Source of the DNA: Verrucomicrobiota bacterium
GTDB taxonomy: Bacteria > Verrucomicrobiota > Verrucomicrobiia > Chthoniobacterales > JAFAMB01
DNA length: 64,000 bases
Direction: 5' to 3'
Assembly: GCA_019239825.1 (NCBI GenBank)
Contig: JAFAZK010000280.1
Location: forward strand, 12,563 to 76,562
Of the stretch, positions 1 to 10,418 are shown piece by piece (within the stretch, counting starts at the first letter, position 1; every line of letters begins with the position of its first letter). The notes below the pieces were generated by a model. It ran no database searches. It saw nothing but the letters and a program-made list of their open reading frames with translations, and had not been told where the DNA came from. A program made the translations under genes and the position numbers.

Positions 1-9
1 CACCCCCGG

Positions 10-1353
10 TTACGCCAGCGCAGCCTCGAGTTCGGCTTGGATATCATCAGCGAGAGTTCTCAGCCTGTCCGCGTCTGGTCCCTCAAGCAGCAATCGGGCT
101 TTGGGCTCGGTTCCGGAATAGCGCAGAACAACCCGACCTTTCCCAGCCAGCACGGCTTCTGCTTCCTTGAGCCGGGTCTGCAGTGAAGGGAATTGTTCAA
201 AAGGGAGCTTTTTGTGGACGGGGATGTTACGGAGTTCTTGCGGAAACTTCGTGAGTATCTCCCTGAGCTTACTCAAGGGCTGGTTGGTCTCTGCCGCGAT
301 GGCAAGGACCTGGAGCGCACTGATTAGACCATCGCCAGTGGTCGTAAAATCCCGGAATATAATGTGGCCGCTCTGTTCGCCACCTAAGTTCAGGTCGTGT
401 TGTCGCATCATCTCTACGACGTGGCGATCTCCCACGTTGCTTCGTAGCAGTGTAGCTCCCATCTCATTCAGCAGAGCGTCCAGTCCGAAATTGCTCATAA
501 CGGTCGCCACGACCGTCTTAGAGCGAAGGTTTCCCCTAGAGACTAGAGATTTGGCCGCGATTGCGAGAATATCGTCTCCATCGAGGGTGGCTCCGGTTTC
601 GTCGGCAAGCAGAATCCGATCGGCATCACCGTCGTGAGCGAGTCCGACATTTGCCCCAGACTTTAGAACCAGGTCCCGCAGAACTTCGGGATGGGTACTG
701 CCGCAGGCTTCGTTGATATTGGTTCCGTTGGGTTCGGCGGAATGAACCTCAATGGTAATGCCCAGGTGCTCGAGGGCAAGCGGCGTAGTTTGATAGGCTG
801 CCCCGTTGGCTGCATCCAAGACGATCTTACTCCCTTTGAAAGACGAGTCCTTTGGAACCGTCGACAAAACGAAGTCCACGTATTGCTCCACCGCTTCTTT
901 AAGGGGGCGGATACGGCCGACCGACTCCAAGCTCGATGATTGTGAGCTTAGGAAGCGCTGCTCAATGGCTCCTTCTAAAGCGTCATCAAGCTTGTACCCA
1001 TCAGGTCCAAAGAACTTGATTCCGTTATCCTGGAAGGGGTTATGTGAAGCGGATAAAACGACGCCGAAAGCCGCTTGGTGATAGGCGGTAAGATAAGCAA
1101 TTGCCGGTGTGGGAATTGTTCCTGCCAGGAGGACATCAAGCCCGGCCGAGGCGAGTCCCGACGCAAGAGCCGCCTCCAAGAAATCCCCTGACACGCGGGT
1201 ATCTCTGCCCAGGATTACCTTTTGTCCGGACCGATTTTGCCCCAGCGATAGGACCGTCGCGGCGGCCTGGGCGAGCCGGATGACCGAGGGAGCGGTTAAT
1301 GGTTCATGGTTAGCGATCCCTCGAATGCCGTCGGTACCGAATAATTGTGTCAC
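10..1353 (-). CDS. glmM: Phosphoglucosamine mutase
   Basis: LFGTDGIRG start, SASHNP phosphoserine loop, DGDADR, GGEQSGH, RYSGTEP. Likely GTG start at 1353; the longer ORF runs into a repeat element. Confidence 0.95.
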   Translation of the reverse strand: MTQLFGTDGIRGIANHEPLTAPSVIRLAQAAATVLSLGQNRSGQKVILGRDTRVSGDFLEAALASGLASAGLDVLLAGTIPTPAIAYLTAYHQAAFGVVLSASHNPFQDNGIKFFGPDGYKLDDALEGAIEQRFLSSQSSSLESVGRIRPLKEAVEQYVDFVLSTVPKDSSFKGSKIVLDAANGAAYQTTPLALEHLGITIEVHSAEPNGTNINEACGSTHPEVLRDLVLKSGANVGLAHDGDADRILLADETGATLDGDDILAIAAKSLVSRGNLRSKTVVATVMSNFGLDALLNEMGATLLRSNVGDRHVVEMMRQHDLNLGGEQSGHIIFRDFTTTGDGLISALQVLAIAAETNQPLSKLREILTKFPQELRNIPVHKKLPFEQFPSLQTRLKEAEAVLAGKGRVVLRYSGTEPKARLLLEGPDADRLRTLADDIQAELEAALA

Positions 1354-1398
1354 TGAGGAATAGGGAATAACAAATAGGGCGAGGAGTTCAAGGAGGTT

Positions 1399-1609
1399 GG
1401 TAGGGCGAGGCTCCCGAACGGCCATTAACCATAGGTGCAAGAACGGCGCTACCGGGCCGAATCTAGCGACTTTAGGCCAATCCACCCGCCGAGCCGTGGG
1501 CAGCGCGGAGAACGGCTCGGCGCGCTAAAAACCTTAACCGCACCGTTCGACAGTAGAATATCCGTCTCGTTGCTGATAGGCTCCGGACGTTCGGGAGCCT
1601 CGCCCTACC
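1399..1609. repeat. REP/REPIN-like element family B, copy 1
   Basis: Perfect 22-bp terminal IR GGTAGGGCGAGGCTCCCGAACG...CGTTCGGGAGCCTCGCCCTACC with an inner CGCCGAGCCGT...ACGGCTCGGCG hairpin. Confidence 0.85.
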
Positions 1610-1616
1610 CAGTTTG

Positions 1617-1781
1617 CTACTTATTCAGCCTCTCATGCCGGTCTTCCTGCCGCCACATGTCCGGCATAGTGGTGATGTTCTTCTTGATCACATACCAGAC
1701 TGCGCAGGCGACAATCAGCGACATCAATTTTGCGCGCCAATTCTCGACGAAAAAACGCTTAACCGTAATTTTCATGGCCAT
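1617..1781 (-). CDS. 54-aa single-TM peptide resembling the N-terminal anchor of CdaR/YbbR
   Basis: Hand translation MAMKITVKRFFVENWRAKLMSLIVACAVWYVIKKNITTMPDMWRQEDRHERLNK. Starts 3 nt after the cdaA stop, in the cdaR slot between cdaA and glmM. Not in the ORF track. Confidence 0.7.
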   Translation of the reverse strand: MAMKITVKRFFVENWRAKLMSLIVACAVWYVIKKNITTMPDMWRQEDRHERLNK

Positions 1782-1784
1782 GAG

Positions 1785-2582
1785 TTAGGCAGTCTCGGAC
1801 TGGACTTCGCCGTTGGCTTGATCGCCTTTGAGAAGGAGTTCGGAGAGCCTCTTTTCGAATTGGTCCGGTTTAAAACCACGCTCGATTTTTCCTCGATGAC
1901 AAATGGAAAGGTGGCCTGTCTCCTCGGACACCACAATGGCAATCGCGTCAGACTCCTCCGTGATACCCAGTCCTGCCCGGTGTCTTAGGCCGAGAGCCCG
2001 GTCAAGATCCTCCCGTTGGCTTACCGGGAAAATGCAGGCAGCCGCAAGCAAACGGTCATCCCGGATGATGACACCTCCATCGTGCAGTGGAGTTTTAGGG
2101 AAAAAGATCGTGAGTAGTAACTCCTGAGAAATTTCGCAATCCAGGTTCACCCCGCTCTCGGCAAAGTTTCGAATGGCGGTGTCTCGCTCAATTGCAATCA
2201 ATGCGCCGACCTGCTTGCTCGCCAACTCAAAAACTGAATCCGACAAAACATCGATCGTTTCTTTCTTTTGAGTGGATGAGGAAAAGAGCCGGCTACTGCC
2301 GAGTTCGGCCAGCGCCCGCCGCAGTTCGGGTTGAAAGATGACGACCAAGGCGAAGGCCACAAACGCGGTCAAACTCCGGAGCAGCCAACTAAGTACCGTC
2401 AAATTAAGAAGTTGTGAGATGAGGGTTAGAAAAATGAAGAGGACGGCCAAGCCGGTGAACACCTTCGCCCCGCGAGTCCCGCGAAAATAGAGGTAACCGT
2501 AGTAGATGGCGATAGCGAGGAGTAGGATTTCGATCGCCGCGTTCCAGTTTCCACCTACGAATTGAAAAACCGAATCTAACAT
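1785..2582 (-). CDS. cdaA: Diadenylate cyclase CdaA/DacA
   Basis: Three N-terminal TM helices, VIFQPELRRAL, LHDGG and GLRHRA motifs, VSEETG. Confidence 0.95.
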   Translation of the reverse strand: MLDSVFQFVGGNWNAAIEILLLAIAIYYGYLYFRGTRGAKVFTGLAVLFIFLTLISQLLNLTVLSWLLRSLTAFVAFALVVIFQPELRRALAELGSSRLFSSSTQKKETIDVLSDSVFELASKQVGALIAIERDTAIRNFAESGVNLDCEISQELLLTIFFPKTPLHDGGVIIRDDRLLAAACIFPVSQREDLDRALGLRHRAGLGITEESDAIAIVVSEETGHLSICHRGKIERGFKPDQFEKRLSELLLKGDQANGEVQSETA

Positions 2583-3424
2583 CGCTCGAGGATTGCCTCT
2601 GTCATTCGCAAAGCATGTAGGTTCGGCTTTACATCATGGACACGCAAGAGGTGAGCACCTTTTTCGCGTAGGAGGCAAGTTAAAGCCACGGTTGGCCAGA
2701 TCCTTTTGGCAGCCGGGAGAGCGGGGTCTCCAGCCAATTGCGCTAAACCGGATTTTCTCGATACGCCGATGAGCAGAGGTTGAGCTAACGCCCTGAAAGC
2801 GTCGAGGTTACTCATCAATTTGATGTTGTCCACCAACCGCTTACCGAAACCAAATCCGGGGTCAATGGCGATCCTTTCGCGGTCCACTCCCCGGTCGACG
2901 AGCCAATTGCACCGGTTTCGCAGAAACTCCATTACTTCGGACACTACATCCTGATAAGCGGGGGCAACTTGCATCGTCTTAGGCGTGCCTTGCATATGCA
3001 TCAGGACAACCCCGACTCCGCTTTCCAGGACTACGTCGATCATATTCGGGTCACCGCGCAGGGCCGTGATATCGTTGATGATATCTGCACCCGCCCGAAT
3101 TGCGTTCTCCGCTGTCGTGGCCTTGTACGTGTCCACGGAGATGAGCACGGAAGGAAATTCCGAGCGAATTTTTTCTATTACTGGGATGATTCGGCGAAGT
3201 TCTTCCTTCAAAGAAACAGGGTCGGCGCCTGGTCTAGTCGACTCACCGCCGACATCGATGATCTCGGCGCCTTCAACAATCAACTCACGGGCGTGAGATA
3301 CCGCGGCGTCCAAGCTAAAGAACTGTCCGCCGTCAGAAAAAGAGTCCGGAGTAACGTTCAAGATCCCCATGATTTTGGCCGAACGGCTGAGATCGAGTAT
3401 TCGGCTGCGAGTTTTCCAAATCAT
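2576..3424 (-). CDS. folP: Dihydropteroate synthase
   Basis: MGILNVTPDSFSDGG, GGESTRPG, DPGFGFGK, SRK, RVHDV. Start taken at MIWKT. Confidence 0.95.
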   Translation of the reverse strand: MIWKTRSRILDLSRSAKIMGILNVTPDSFSDGGQFFSLDAAVSHARELIVEGAEIIDVGGESTRPGADPVSLKEELRRIIPVIEKIRSEFPSVLISVDTYKATTAENAIRAGADIINDITALRGDPNMIDVVLESGVGVVLMHMQGTPKTMQVAPAYQDVVSEVMEFLRNRCNWLVDRGVDRERIAIDPGFGFGKRLVDNIKLMSNLDAFRALAQPLLIGVSRKSGLAQLAGDPALPAAKRIWPTVALTCLLREKGAHLLRVHDVKPNLHALRMTEAILERC

Positions 3425-3481
3425 GAGGTGAGGTGTCGGTGGATATTGCGACCGGAGCCTAGCATTCTTTTGATGGAAGCA

Positions 3482-3690
3482 AGCTCCGTAGGAGCAAAAA
3501 TATCTATAGTGATGAAATAGAAATGGTGCGCAGCTCCGTAGGAGCGACATAACATCTACCTCCGCAGTGACGGCGGTTTCTCTCTAGTCTGCACCTGTCC
3601 TTCCTGCCATAATTTTCTAATATGCCGCTCCTACGGAGCTAACGCTCTTTTGGGCGCCAATAGCTATAAAGACTTTACTCCTACGGAGGA
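3482..3690. repeat. Cluster of four GCTCCGTAGGAGC REP-like units (two forward, two inverted)
   Basis: agctccgtaggagc at about 3482 and 3532; ctcctacggag at about 3628 and 3678. Confidence 0.75.
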
Positions 3691-3708
3691 GCAGTTCCCC
3701 CGGGAAAC

Positions 3709-3739
3709 AAAAAGGCCGGCGTCTCCGCCGGCCCTTTTT
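3709..3739 (-). terminator. Intrinsic terminator after clpC
   Basis: aaaaaggccggcg-tctc-cgccggccctttt hairpin flanked by A/T tracts. Confidence 0.7.
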
Positions 3740-3758
3740 CGAATTTATTAGTTTGCCG

Positions 3759-6233
3759 CTAAGAGGCAGTCGCTGGTTCACCCTGTTCCGGTTGGACCGC
3801 TTGGAAGACCAGTTTGTCGATTTCGGCATGTACTTCGACGGTCTCGCCAGGTTTGATGTTGCCTCGTAACAGTTCCTCAGCGAGCGGATCCTCCAAGAAT
3901 CGCTCCACCGCGCGACGCATCGGCCGTGCGCCGTAGATGGGATCGTACCCTTTCTCGATGAGAAGCTCGACCGCGGTCGGATCCAGGTGAATGTGAATCG
4001 CCTTGTTCCGCACCCGTTGGACAACTTTCGCAACCTCGAGGTCGACAATTCGAACCAGATTTTCGCGCTCCAACGTGTGGAACACGATGATGTCATCCAA
4101 CCGATTCAGGAACTCGGGTTTAAAGACCTTCTTTGATTCTTCCAGGATAACTTGCTTCATCGTATCGTAGGACTCGTGCCCGGTCTGAGCGCCGAAGCCG
4201 AGCGACGTTTGCCGCTTAATCAGCTCCGCTCCTACGTTCGAAGTCATAATGATGATCGTGTTCCTGAAGTCGATCTTGCGACCTAGGCTGTCCGTTATCT
4301 TTCCCTCTTCCAGGATCTGCAGAAGCAGATGCATCACATCCGGATGGGCTTTTTCGATTTCATCAAATAAGACCACCGAATAAGGGCGCCGCCGTACGGC
4401 TTCCGAAAGCTGGCCACCTTCCTCATAACCAACGTAGCCGGGAGGTGAACCGATCAGCCGCGAGGCGGTGAACTTCTCCATGTACTCGGACATGTCGATT
4501 TGGATCAACGCATCACCGTCGCCGAACATGAACTCCGCCAGGCTCCGTGCGAGGAACGTCTTTCCGACCCCGGTTGGTCCGAGGAAGATAAAGGAACCGA
4601 TCGGGCGACGTGGATCCTTCAAATCCGCCCGGGAACGCCGAAGCGCCTTGCTGATGGTAGTCACAGCCTCGTCTTGCCCAACCACTTGTGACTTCAGTTC
4701 GTCCTCCATGCGGAGAAGCTTCTGAGTTTCCTGCTCTTCCATGCGATGCAACGGAACACCGGTCCACTTCGACACGATGTGCATAATGTCATCACCGGTC
4801 ACCAGGACGGATTGCTCTTCTCGCTGTTCGCGCCAATCAGCCAAAATCTTCTCTAGCTTATCTTTCGCCTGCTTCTCCGAGTCCCTCAGAGCGGCAGCTT
4901 TTTCGAAGTCTTGAGCTTTAATCGCTGCCTCTTTATCTGCTCGGATGGCATCGATCTCTTTCTCGATCTCTTTGACATCCGGCGGCCGGGTCATGGCGTT
5001 GATCCGTGCACGGGCACCGGCTTCGTCCATTACGTCAATTGCCTTATCCGGCAAAAACCGGCCGGTAAGGTAGCGATCTGAGAGTTTGACCGCAGCGTCT
5101 AACGCTTCGTCCGTCAGTTTGGCCTTATGATGGGCCTCGTATTTAGGACGCAGTCCTCTCAATATCTGGACGGCTTCATCAACCGATGGAGCTTCTACCT
5201 TGACCGTTTGAAAGCGGCGCTCGAGAGCGGCATCCTTTTCGATATACTTCCGGTACTCGTTGAGGGTCGTGGCGCCCACGCATTGAAGTTCCCCGCGGCT
5301 CAACGCCGGTTTGATAATGTTGGACGCATCCATGGCGCCCTCAGCCGAACCAGCTCCGACGATGGTGTGCAGCTCGTCGATGAAGAGAATCACGTTCTTA
5401 GAACGCCGGATCTCGTCCATCACTGCTTTGATGCGCTCCTCAAATTGACCACGGTATTTGGTTCCGGCCACCATCAGAGCCAGGTCGAGTGTAATCACTC
5501 GTTTGTCTCTTAAGAGTTCCGGCACGTTGCCAGCCGCGATTTCTTGAGCAAGTCCCTCAACGATAGCCGTTTTTCCCACTCCTGCCTCACCCAGGAGGAC
5601 CGGATTGTTCTTGGTCCGCCGGCAGAGGATTTGGATCACCCGCTCAATCTCGTTCTTTCGACCGATTACCGGGTCGAGTTCAGCCTTTTTCGCCAGCTCG
5701 GTCAGATCCCTTCCAAACGCCCGGAGAGCTGGCGTCTTAACATCTTTCTTATTCCCTTCCTGCGGGGGCTCCGCCTCGCTTTCCGGTGGTGTAAAGTTTG
5801 GGTCCAATTCTTTTAGAATTTCGTTTCGAGTTCGTTCAATATCAACTTCAAGGCTCTTTAAAACCCGTGCCGCTACGCCTTCACCTTCTCGAAGTAATCC
5901 GAGCAAGATGTGTTCCGTCCCGACATAAGAATGATTGAGGGCCTTTGCTTCCTTGCCGGCGAGAGCGAGCACTTTTTTGACGCGTGGCGTGTATGGAATA
6001 TTACCCACCATCTTCGTCTCAGGGTGAGATCCTACGTGCTTCTCGACCTCCATACGGACCGTCTCCAAATCCAATCCCATTTTTTGGAGGACGTTGACAG
6101 CGACGCCTTGGCCGAGCTTGATCAGCCCGAGCAAGAGATGCTCAGTACCGACGTAGTTGTGGTTAAACCGATCGGCTTCCTTGCGCGCAAGTGCCAACAC
6201 TTGTTGCGCACGTGGAGTAAAATTATTCATCAT
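3759..6233 (-). CDS. clpC: ATP-dependent Clp protease ATPase ClpC
   Basis: Two Clp-N repeats, two AAA+ modules ([16 protein letters not shown]), UVR middle domain, next to mcsB. Confidence 0.95.
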   Translation of the reverse strand: MMNNFTPRAQQVLALARKEADRFNHNYVGTEHLLLGLIKLGQGVAVNVLQKMGLDLETVRMEVEKHVGSHPETKMVGNIPYTPRVKKVLALAGKEAKALNHSYVGTEHILLGLLREGEGVAARVLKSLEVDIERTRNEILKELDPNFTPPESEAEPPQEGNKKDVKTPALRAFGRDLTELAKKAELDPVIGRKNEIERVIQILCRRTKNNPVLLGEAGVGKTAIVEGLAQEIAAGNVPELLRDKRVITLDLALMVAGTKYRGQFEERIKAVMDEIRRSKNVILFIDELHTIVGAGSAEGAMDASNIIKPALSRGELQCVGATTLNEYRKYIEKDAALERRFQTVKVEAPSVDEAVQILRGLRPKYEAHHKAKLTDEALDAAVKLSDRYLTGRFLPDKAIDVMDEAGARARINAMTRPPDVKEIEKEIDAIRADKEAAIKAQDFEKAAALRDSEKQAKDKLEKILADWREQREEQSVLVTGDDIMHIVSKWTGVPLHRMEEQETQKLLRMEDELKSQVVGQDEAVTTISKALRRSRADLKDPRRPIGSFIFLGPTGVGKTFLARSLAEFMFGDGDALIQIDMSEYMEKFTASRLIGSPPGYVGYEEGGQLSEAVRRRPYSVVLFDEIEKAHPDVMHLLLQILEEGKITDSLGRKIDFRNTIIIMTSNVGAELIKRQTSLGFGAQTGHESYDTMKQVILEESKKVFKPEFLNRLDDIIVFHTLERENLVRIVDLEVAKVVQRVRNKAIHIHLDPTAVELLIEKGYDPIYGARPMRRAVERFLEDPLAEELLRGNIKPGETVEVHAEIDKLVFQAVQPEQGEPATAS

Positions 6234-6269
6234 TGCAATTCTGCGCGCCAGGACAGGCTAAGTTATTGC

Positions 6270-7352
6270 CTATTGTCCCGGCGATTTAGTATTAGGCGGT
6301 CTAGGGAAGTTTTTCAACCTCTCGCGGACGATATCAGCTCGCAAGTGGTCACGCTCCTCAGCCGCTAATTTCTGCTGTGAAAGGTTCTGCAGATGGGCTG
6401 GTTGCGTGTCCATCAAGAGCTGGTTAATGATCGCCCGTCCTTCCTCGGGGAAGAACCCGAGATCGATTCCCAGCCGTAAAATCGAGATAAGGTTCAGCGC
6501 TTCTTTCGAAGAAATCGAATAAGCGTGTGTCAATATCCCGTAAGCCCGGCCGATTTGATCCATTAACGTCGTACGCTTTGTAGCCAATAGGTTTTCTCGC
6601 GCTTGCGTTTCCCTCTGGATCAAAGTCTCAATGACTTTCTGCAACCGTCCGATGATCTGGTCTTCCTTCTCTCCGAGGGTCGTTTGGTTTGATACCTGGA
6701 AGAGATTTCCCATTGCCTCAGTGCCTTCGCCATACAGTCCGCGAACTGCCAGACCGATCTTGTTCACTGAGTTGACTACTTGATTGATCTGCTCACCAAG
6801 CACCAATCCGGGAAGATGTACCATGGCCGACGCCCGCATTCCTGTGCCGACATTGGTCGGGCAGGCGGTCAGATAGCCGAGCTCCTCATCAAACGCGAAA
6901 TCGAGCTGCGCCTCGAGCGCGGTATCGATTTCGTCGATCATTTGGAAGGTTTTGTCCAAGTCCAGCCCGCAGGTGATTGCCTGCATGCGGAGATGGTCTT
7001 CCTCGTTGATCATAATAGAGATTGTCTGCGGTGGATTAATCACCACAGCACTCCCCATGCCTTTTGCGGCATGCTCCCGGCTGATCAGATGGCGTTCAAC
7101 CAAAACTTGCTTTTCCGTTGCGGTCAGCTCGTTCAGTTGCTCGGAAAATCCGTCTTTTATCGCCGGCAGCAGGTCGACTTCCGGTTTGATCTCTTCCAGA
7201 ATTCGCACCCGCTCGGATTTCTTTGCCCAACCAGGGAAGGGAAGTTTCGCCAAATTCCGTGCGAGTCTAACCCGGCTGCTGATCACGATAGGATGCCGGC
7301 TTCCGCCGGAGAGCCAATCGCCAGCTCTGGTCAGGATCGGATCAATCTTCAT
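6270..7352 (-). CDS. mcsB: Protein arginine kinase McsB
   Basis: SSRVRLARN, NEEDHLR, LTACPTNVGTG guanido-kinase motifs. Confidence 0.93.
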   Translation of the reverse strand: MKIDPILTRAGDWLSGGSRHPIVISSRVRLARNLAKLPFPGWAKKSERVRILEEIKPEVDLLPAIKDGFSEQLNELTATEKQVLVERHLISREHAAKGMGSAVVINPPQTISIMINEEDHLRMQAITCGLDLDKTFQMIDEIDTALEAQLDFAFDEELGYLTACPTNVGTGMRASAMVHLPGLVLGEQINQVVNSVNKIGLAVRGLYGEGTEAMGNLFQVSNQTTLGEKEDQIIGRLQKVIETLIQRETQARENLLATKRTTLMDQIGRAYGILTHAYSISSKEALNLISILRLGIDLGFFPEEGRAIINQLLMDTQPAHLQNLSQQKLAAEERDHLRADIVRERLKNFPRPPNTKSPGQ

Positions 7353-7846
7353 ATCGACTGCGGTGTTCCTCCTTCCAGCTGTCGAATCTCATCCCGTAGA
7401 TTCGCAGCCGTCTCATAGTCTTCCTTCGAGACCGCGTCTTCCAAATGTTTGCGCAGCTCGTTCAATCTATCGGTTCGCGCAAGGTCGCGGAACAGCCTTG
7501 CTGGAATTTTACCTGTATGCTGCGTGCCTTTATGCATTGCCTTGATCAACGACCCAAGGGCGTCTGAGAAGGTATTATAGCAGGAACTGCAACCCAAACG
7601 CCCGGTCTTTTTAAAATCGGCTTGGGTGAAACCGCACACCGGGCAATGCTCGGTCTGGGCAACCTGCTCCACCTGCTGGTTTTCACCCAGCCCGAGTAGG
7701 AGGTCCGCCAGGGCAAAGCCCGTGGGGTCGGCAACGCCTTTCTCTTTCGAGCACGACTCGCACAGATTAATCTTCTTCATATTCCCATCCACGATCTGGG
7801 TAAGATAAACTGTCGCCGTGTGAGTTTTGCAGACGTCGCAGATCAT
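7349..7846 (-). CDS. mcsA: McsA, CxxC-rich activator with UVR domain
   Basis: Four CxxC motifs, GRLGC, C-terminal EDYETAANLRD; 4-nt overlap with mcsB. Confidence 0.92.
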   Translation of the reverse strand: MICDVCKTHTATVYLTQIVDGNMKKINLCESCSKEKGVADPTGFALADLLLGLGENQQVEQVAQTEHCPVCGFTQADFKKTGRLGCSSCYNTFSDALGSLIKAMHKGTQHTGKIPARLFRDLARTDRLNELRKHLEDAVSKEDYETAANLRDEIRQLEGGTPQSI

Positions 7847-7901
7847 GCCTTTACTTTCTTATGATAACGCGCGTTTCCGAGCAATTTCTGTACACACAAC
7901 A

Positions 7902-8780
7902 CTATTGATAGATCGGAGTGCCAGTCGAGCGTGTCAACCCGCGGAACTCTTCGACGAGCTTGAGCGTGATCGGTCCCGGGCGACCGTCGCCGATTGGCCG
8001 ACGATCCAGTTGAACGGCCGCAATTACTTCTGCTGCGGTGCCGGTAAGAAAACATTCGTCTGCCACTAATATATCGTAGCGTGTCAAGTCCTCTTCCTTA
8101 ATCGGGATGTCGTTCTGTTTGGCTAACTCAAAAACGACCGCCCGAGTAATTCCACCCAGAATTCCAGCATTAATCGGTGGGGTCGAGATCACGCCTTTTT
8201 TGACCACGAACAGATTGTCCCCCGTGCATTCCCCGACATAGCCTTGTTCGTTCAGCATAACTCCCTCAGCGGCGCCGGCCTGTTGCGCCTCGATCTTGGC
8301 CAGGATGTTGTTCAAATAGTTCAGGGACTTGATCCGCGGGCTCAGTGCGGCGGGCGGGATCCGTCTGACCGAGCAGGTCGCCATGGTCAGCCCTTTTTCA
8401 TAAAGCGAGTCTGGGTAAAGGGCGATGGTGGCCGCAATGATGATGACGCTCGGCCGGCGACAGCTGTCCGGGCTTAGTCCGAGCGAGCCAATCCCTCGGG
8501 TTACCAGCAACCGGATGTAACCATCGTGGAGGTCGTTTTGACGGATGGTCTCGAGCGTCGCCTCGATCAACGCGGTCCGAGACATCGGGATGTCCAGCGC
8601 GATGGCTTTGGCGGAATCCCAAAGCCGGTCAATGTGCTCCTCCAAGCGGAATACTCTGTCCTGGTAGAACCGAATCCCTTCAAAGACACCATCTCCATAA
8701 AGGACGCCATGATCGAAAACGGAGATCTTGGCCTCGGATTGTTCGTAAAATGTGCCGTCGATATAGATTTTCAGGTTCAT
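7902..8780 (-). CDS. ilvE: Branched-chain amino acid aminotransferase
   Basis: YGDGVFEG, KSLNYLNN, ILGGITR, GTAAEV class IV motifs. Confidence 0.93.
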   Translation of the reverse strand: MNLKIYIDGTFYEQSEAKISVFDHGVLYGDGVFEGIRFYQDRVFRLEEHIDRLWDSAKAIALDIPMSRTALIEATLETIRQNDLHDGYIRLLVTRGIGSLGLSPDSCRRPSVIIIAATIALYPDSLYEKGLTMATCSVRRIPPAALSPRIKSLNYLNNILAKIEAQQAGAAEGVMLNEQGYVGECTGDNLFVVKKGVISTPPINAGILGGITRAVVFELAKQNDIPIKEEDLTRYDILVADECFLTGTAAEVIAAVQLDRRPIGDGRPGPITLKLVEEFRGLTRSTGTPIYQ

Positions 8781-8936
8781 ATGGCTGGGGAGGTGAGGGG
8801 TGAAAAGTGAGAAGTGAGAGGTGATTGGTGAGAGCGGATGACCTTCGTTCTCGTATTCGTCGTCGTTCTCGTCCTCGAATCCTTGGGCGTGGGGAGTACT
8901 GGAGTATTGAATTTGCGGCCAACGGCGTTCATGGCG

Positions 8937-9608
8937 TTAATCCACGAGATGGCCATCGCGGATGTGTACGACACGATCACCGCGCGCAGCCAAGTCCTGG
9001 TCATGGGTTACTACCACCAAAGTTTTTTGTTTCTCACGGACCAATCCTCCCAAAAGCTCCATGATGGCTTCTCCGTTTGTAGTATCGAGGTTGCCGGTTG
9101 GTTCATCGGCAAACACAATGGCCGGATCGTTAACCAGGGCTCGGGCGATGGCGACCCTCTGCTGTTCACCACCAGAAAGCTCGTTGGGCAAATGATGCAT
9201 CCGATCCGCTAGCCCCACTGTCTCCAACAAGGACTGAGCAATCCCAGGATCGGGGCGGTGCCGAATCAGGGATGGCACCAGTGCGTTTTCTAAGGCGGTC
9301 AACTCCGGCAAAAGAAAGTAACCTTGAAAAACAAACCCCATCCGCTGGTTGCGAATCTTGGCGTCTTTTCCGGCACCACCGCTGTAGAGTTTATGCTCTT
9401 CAAATGTAACCTCGCCCGATTCCGGGCGTTCCAATCCTGCCAGGGTGTATAGCAGTGTCGTCTTACCGGCTCCGGACGCCCCGCATAGAAACACCGACTC
9501 CCCCTTGTTGATATCAAGGTTGATCCCTCGTAGCACGTCGACCTTCCGGCTACCGATCTTGAACGATCGATAAATATTCCGGGCGCTAAGTTGAGCGGAT
9601 GTGTTCAC
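8937..9608 (-). CDS. ABC ATP-binding protein, LolD-like
   Basis: GASGAGKT, LSGGEQQRVAIARAL, ADEPTGNLD, VVTHD; no permease adjacent. Confidence 0.85.
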   Translation of the reverse strand: MNTSAQLSARNIYRSFKIGSRKVDVLRGINLDINKGESVFLCGASGAGKTTLLYTLAGLERPESGEVTFEEHKLYSGGAGKDAKIRNQRMGFVFQGYFLLPELTALENALVPSLIRHRPDPGIAQSLLETVGLADRMHHLPNELSGGEQQRVAIARALVNDPAIVFADEPTGNLDTTNGEAIMELLGGLVREKQKTLVVVTHDQDLAARGDRVVHIRDGHLVD

Positions 9609-10075
9609 TAGTTGACGAGGTCGACCGTTGAGAGTTGCCGCATACCTTCAAATAGCACAATCGCGACGGCGGTGGCGAGATTCAAACTGCGAGCTTCGGG
9701 GATCATCGGGATCCGAAAAGCGCTTTCGGCGTGCCGAGCCAACAAGCTGGCCGGCAGGCCCTTCGTCTCGCGGCCGAAAATCAGATAATCTTTGGGCGAG
9801 AATCGGATGTCCCAGTAAGGTTTCTCTACCTTTGTAGAAAAAAAGAATCGGCGCGCGGATGGTTCGGTCTTGAGCTCGAACTCTTCGAGATTCTCCCAAA
9901 GCTTAACGTTAACCTTCTTCCAGTAATCCATCCCGGCCCGGCGGAGCTGGCGGTCGTCGACGGAGAACCCGAGAGGCTGCACCAAATGCAGGGTGCTACC
10001 CGTGGCCAACGCGAGGCGGCCAACGTTTCCCGTGTTTGGCGGGATCTCAGGTTCGACTAGGACTAGGTTAAACAT
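9608..10075 (-). CDS. trmL: tRNA (cytidine/uridine-34 2'-O)-methyltransferase TrmL
   Basis: PEIPPNTGN, RRAGMDYW, FGRETKGL, RSLNLA SPOUT motifs. Confidence 0.92.
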   Translation of the reverse strand: MFNLVLVEPEIPPNTGNVGRLALATGSTLHLVQPLGFSVDDRQLRRAGMDYWKKVNVKLWENLEEFELKTEPSARRFFFSTKVEKPYWDIRFSPKDYLIFGRETKGLPASLLARHAESAFRIPMIPEARSLNLATAVAIVLFEGMRQLSTVDLVN

Positions 10076-10080
10076 AAAAC

Positions 10081-10113
10081 AAAAAAAGCGCCTCAAGGAT
10101 CGAGGCGCTTTTT
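10081..10113. terminator. Hairpin terminator after rpmA
   Basis: aaaaaaagcgcctc...gaggcgcttttt. Confidence 0.7.
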
Positions 10114-10140
10114 CCGTCGGGAGGGAAACTGTTGCCGTCG

Positions 10141-10407
10141 TTAATTCGAGCTCACTTGCGCCAGAGCAGGTTCGACATTCACGCGACGACCGTTCTGATC
10201 GAAGCGTACAATACCGTCTACGAGGGCGAAGATTGTGTAATCCCGACCAAGCCCAACATTCTTTCCCGGCAAAAACTTTGTACCGCGCTGGCGAATAATG
10301 ATGTTTCCGGCAACGACTTGCTGGCTACCGAACTTCTTCACGCCGAGGCGTTTGCTAACGCTATCGCGTCCGTTCTTGACGCTGCCTTGACCTTTCTTAT
10401 GTGCCAT
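10141..10407 (-). CDS. rpmA: 50S ribosomal protein L27
   Basis: [16 protein letters not shown]...RQRGTKF. Confidence 0.98.
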   Translation of the reverse strand: MAHKKGQGSVKNGRDSVSKRLGVKKFGSQQVVAGNIIIRQRGTKFLPGKNVGLGRDYTIFALVDGIVRFDQNGRRVNVEPALAQVSSN

Positions 10408-10418
10408 ACGCTAGAAAA

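Noticed and set aside
1354-1485. Long N-terminal extensions of glmM (likewise folP, rplU, tal and the kinase) in the ORF track
   Set aside because: They extend into repeats or intergenic DNA upstream of the conserved starts.
3759-7846. mcsA-mcsB-clpC without ctsR as a novelty
   Set aside because: A known arrangement outside Firmicutes, including PVC bacteria.
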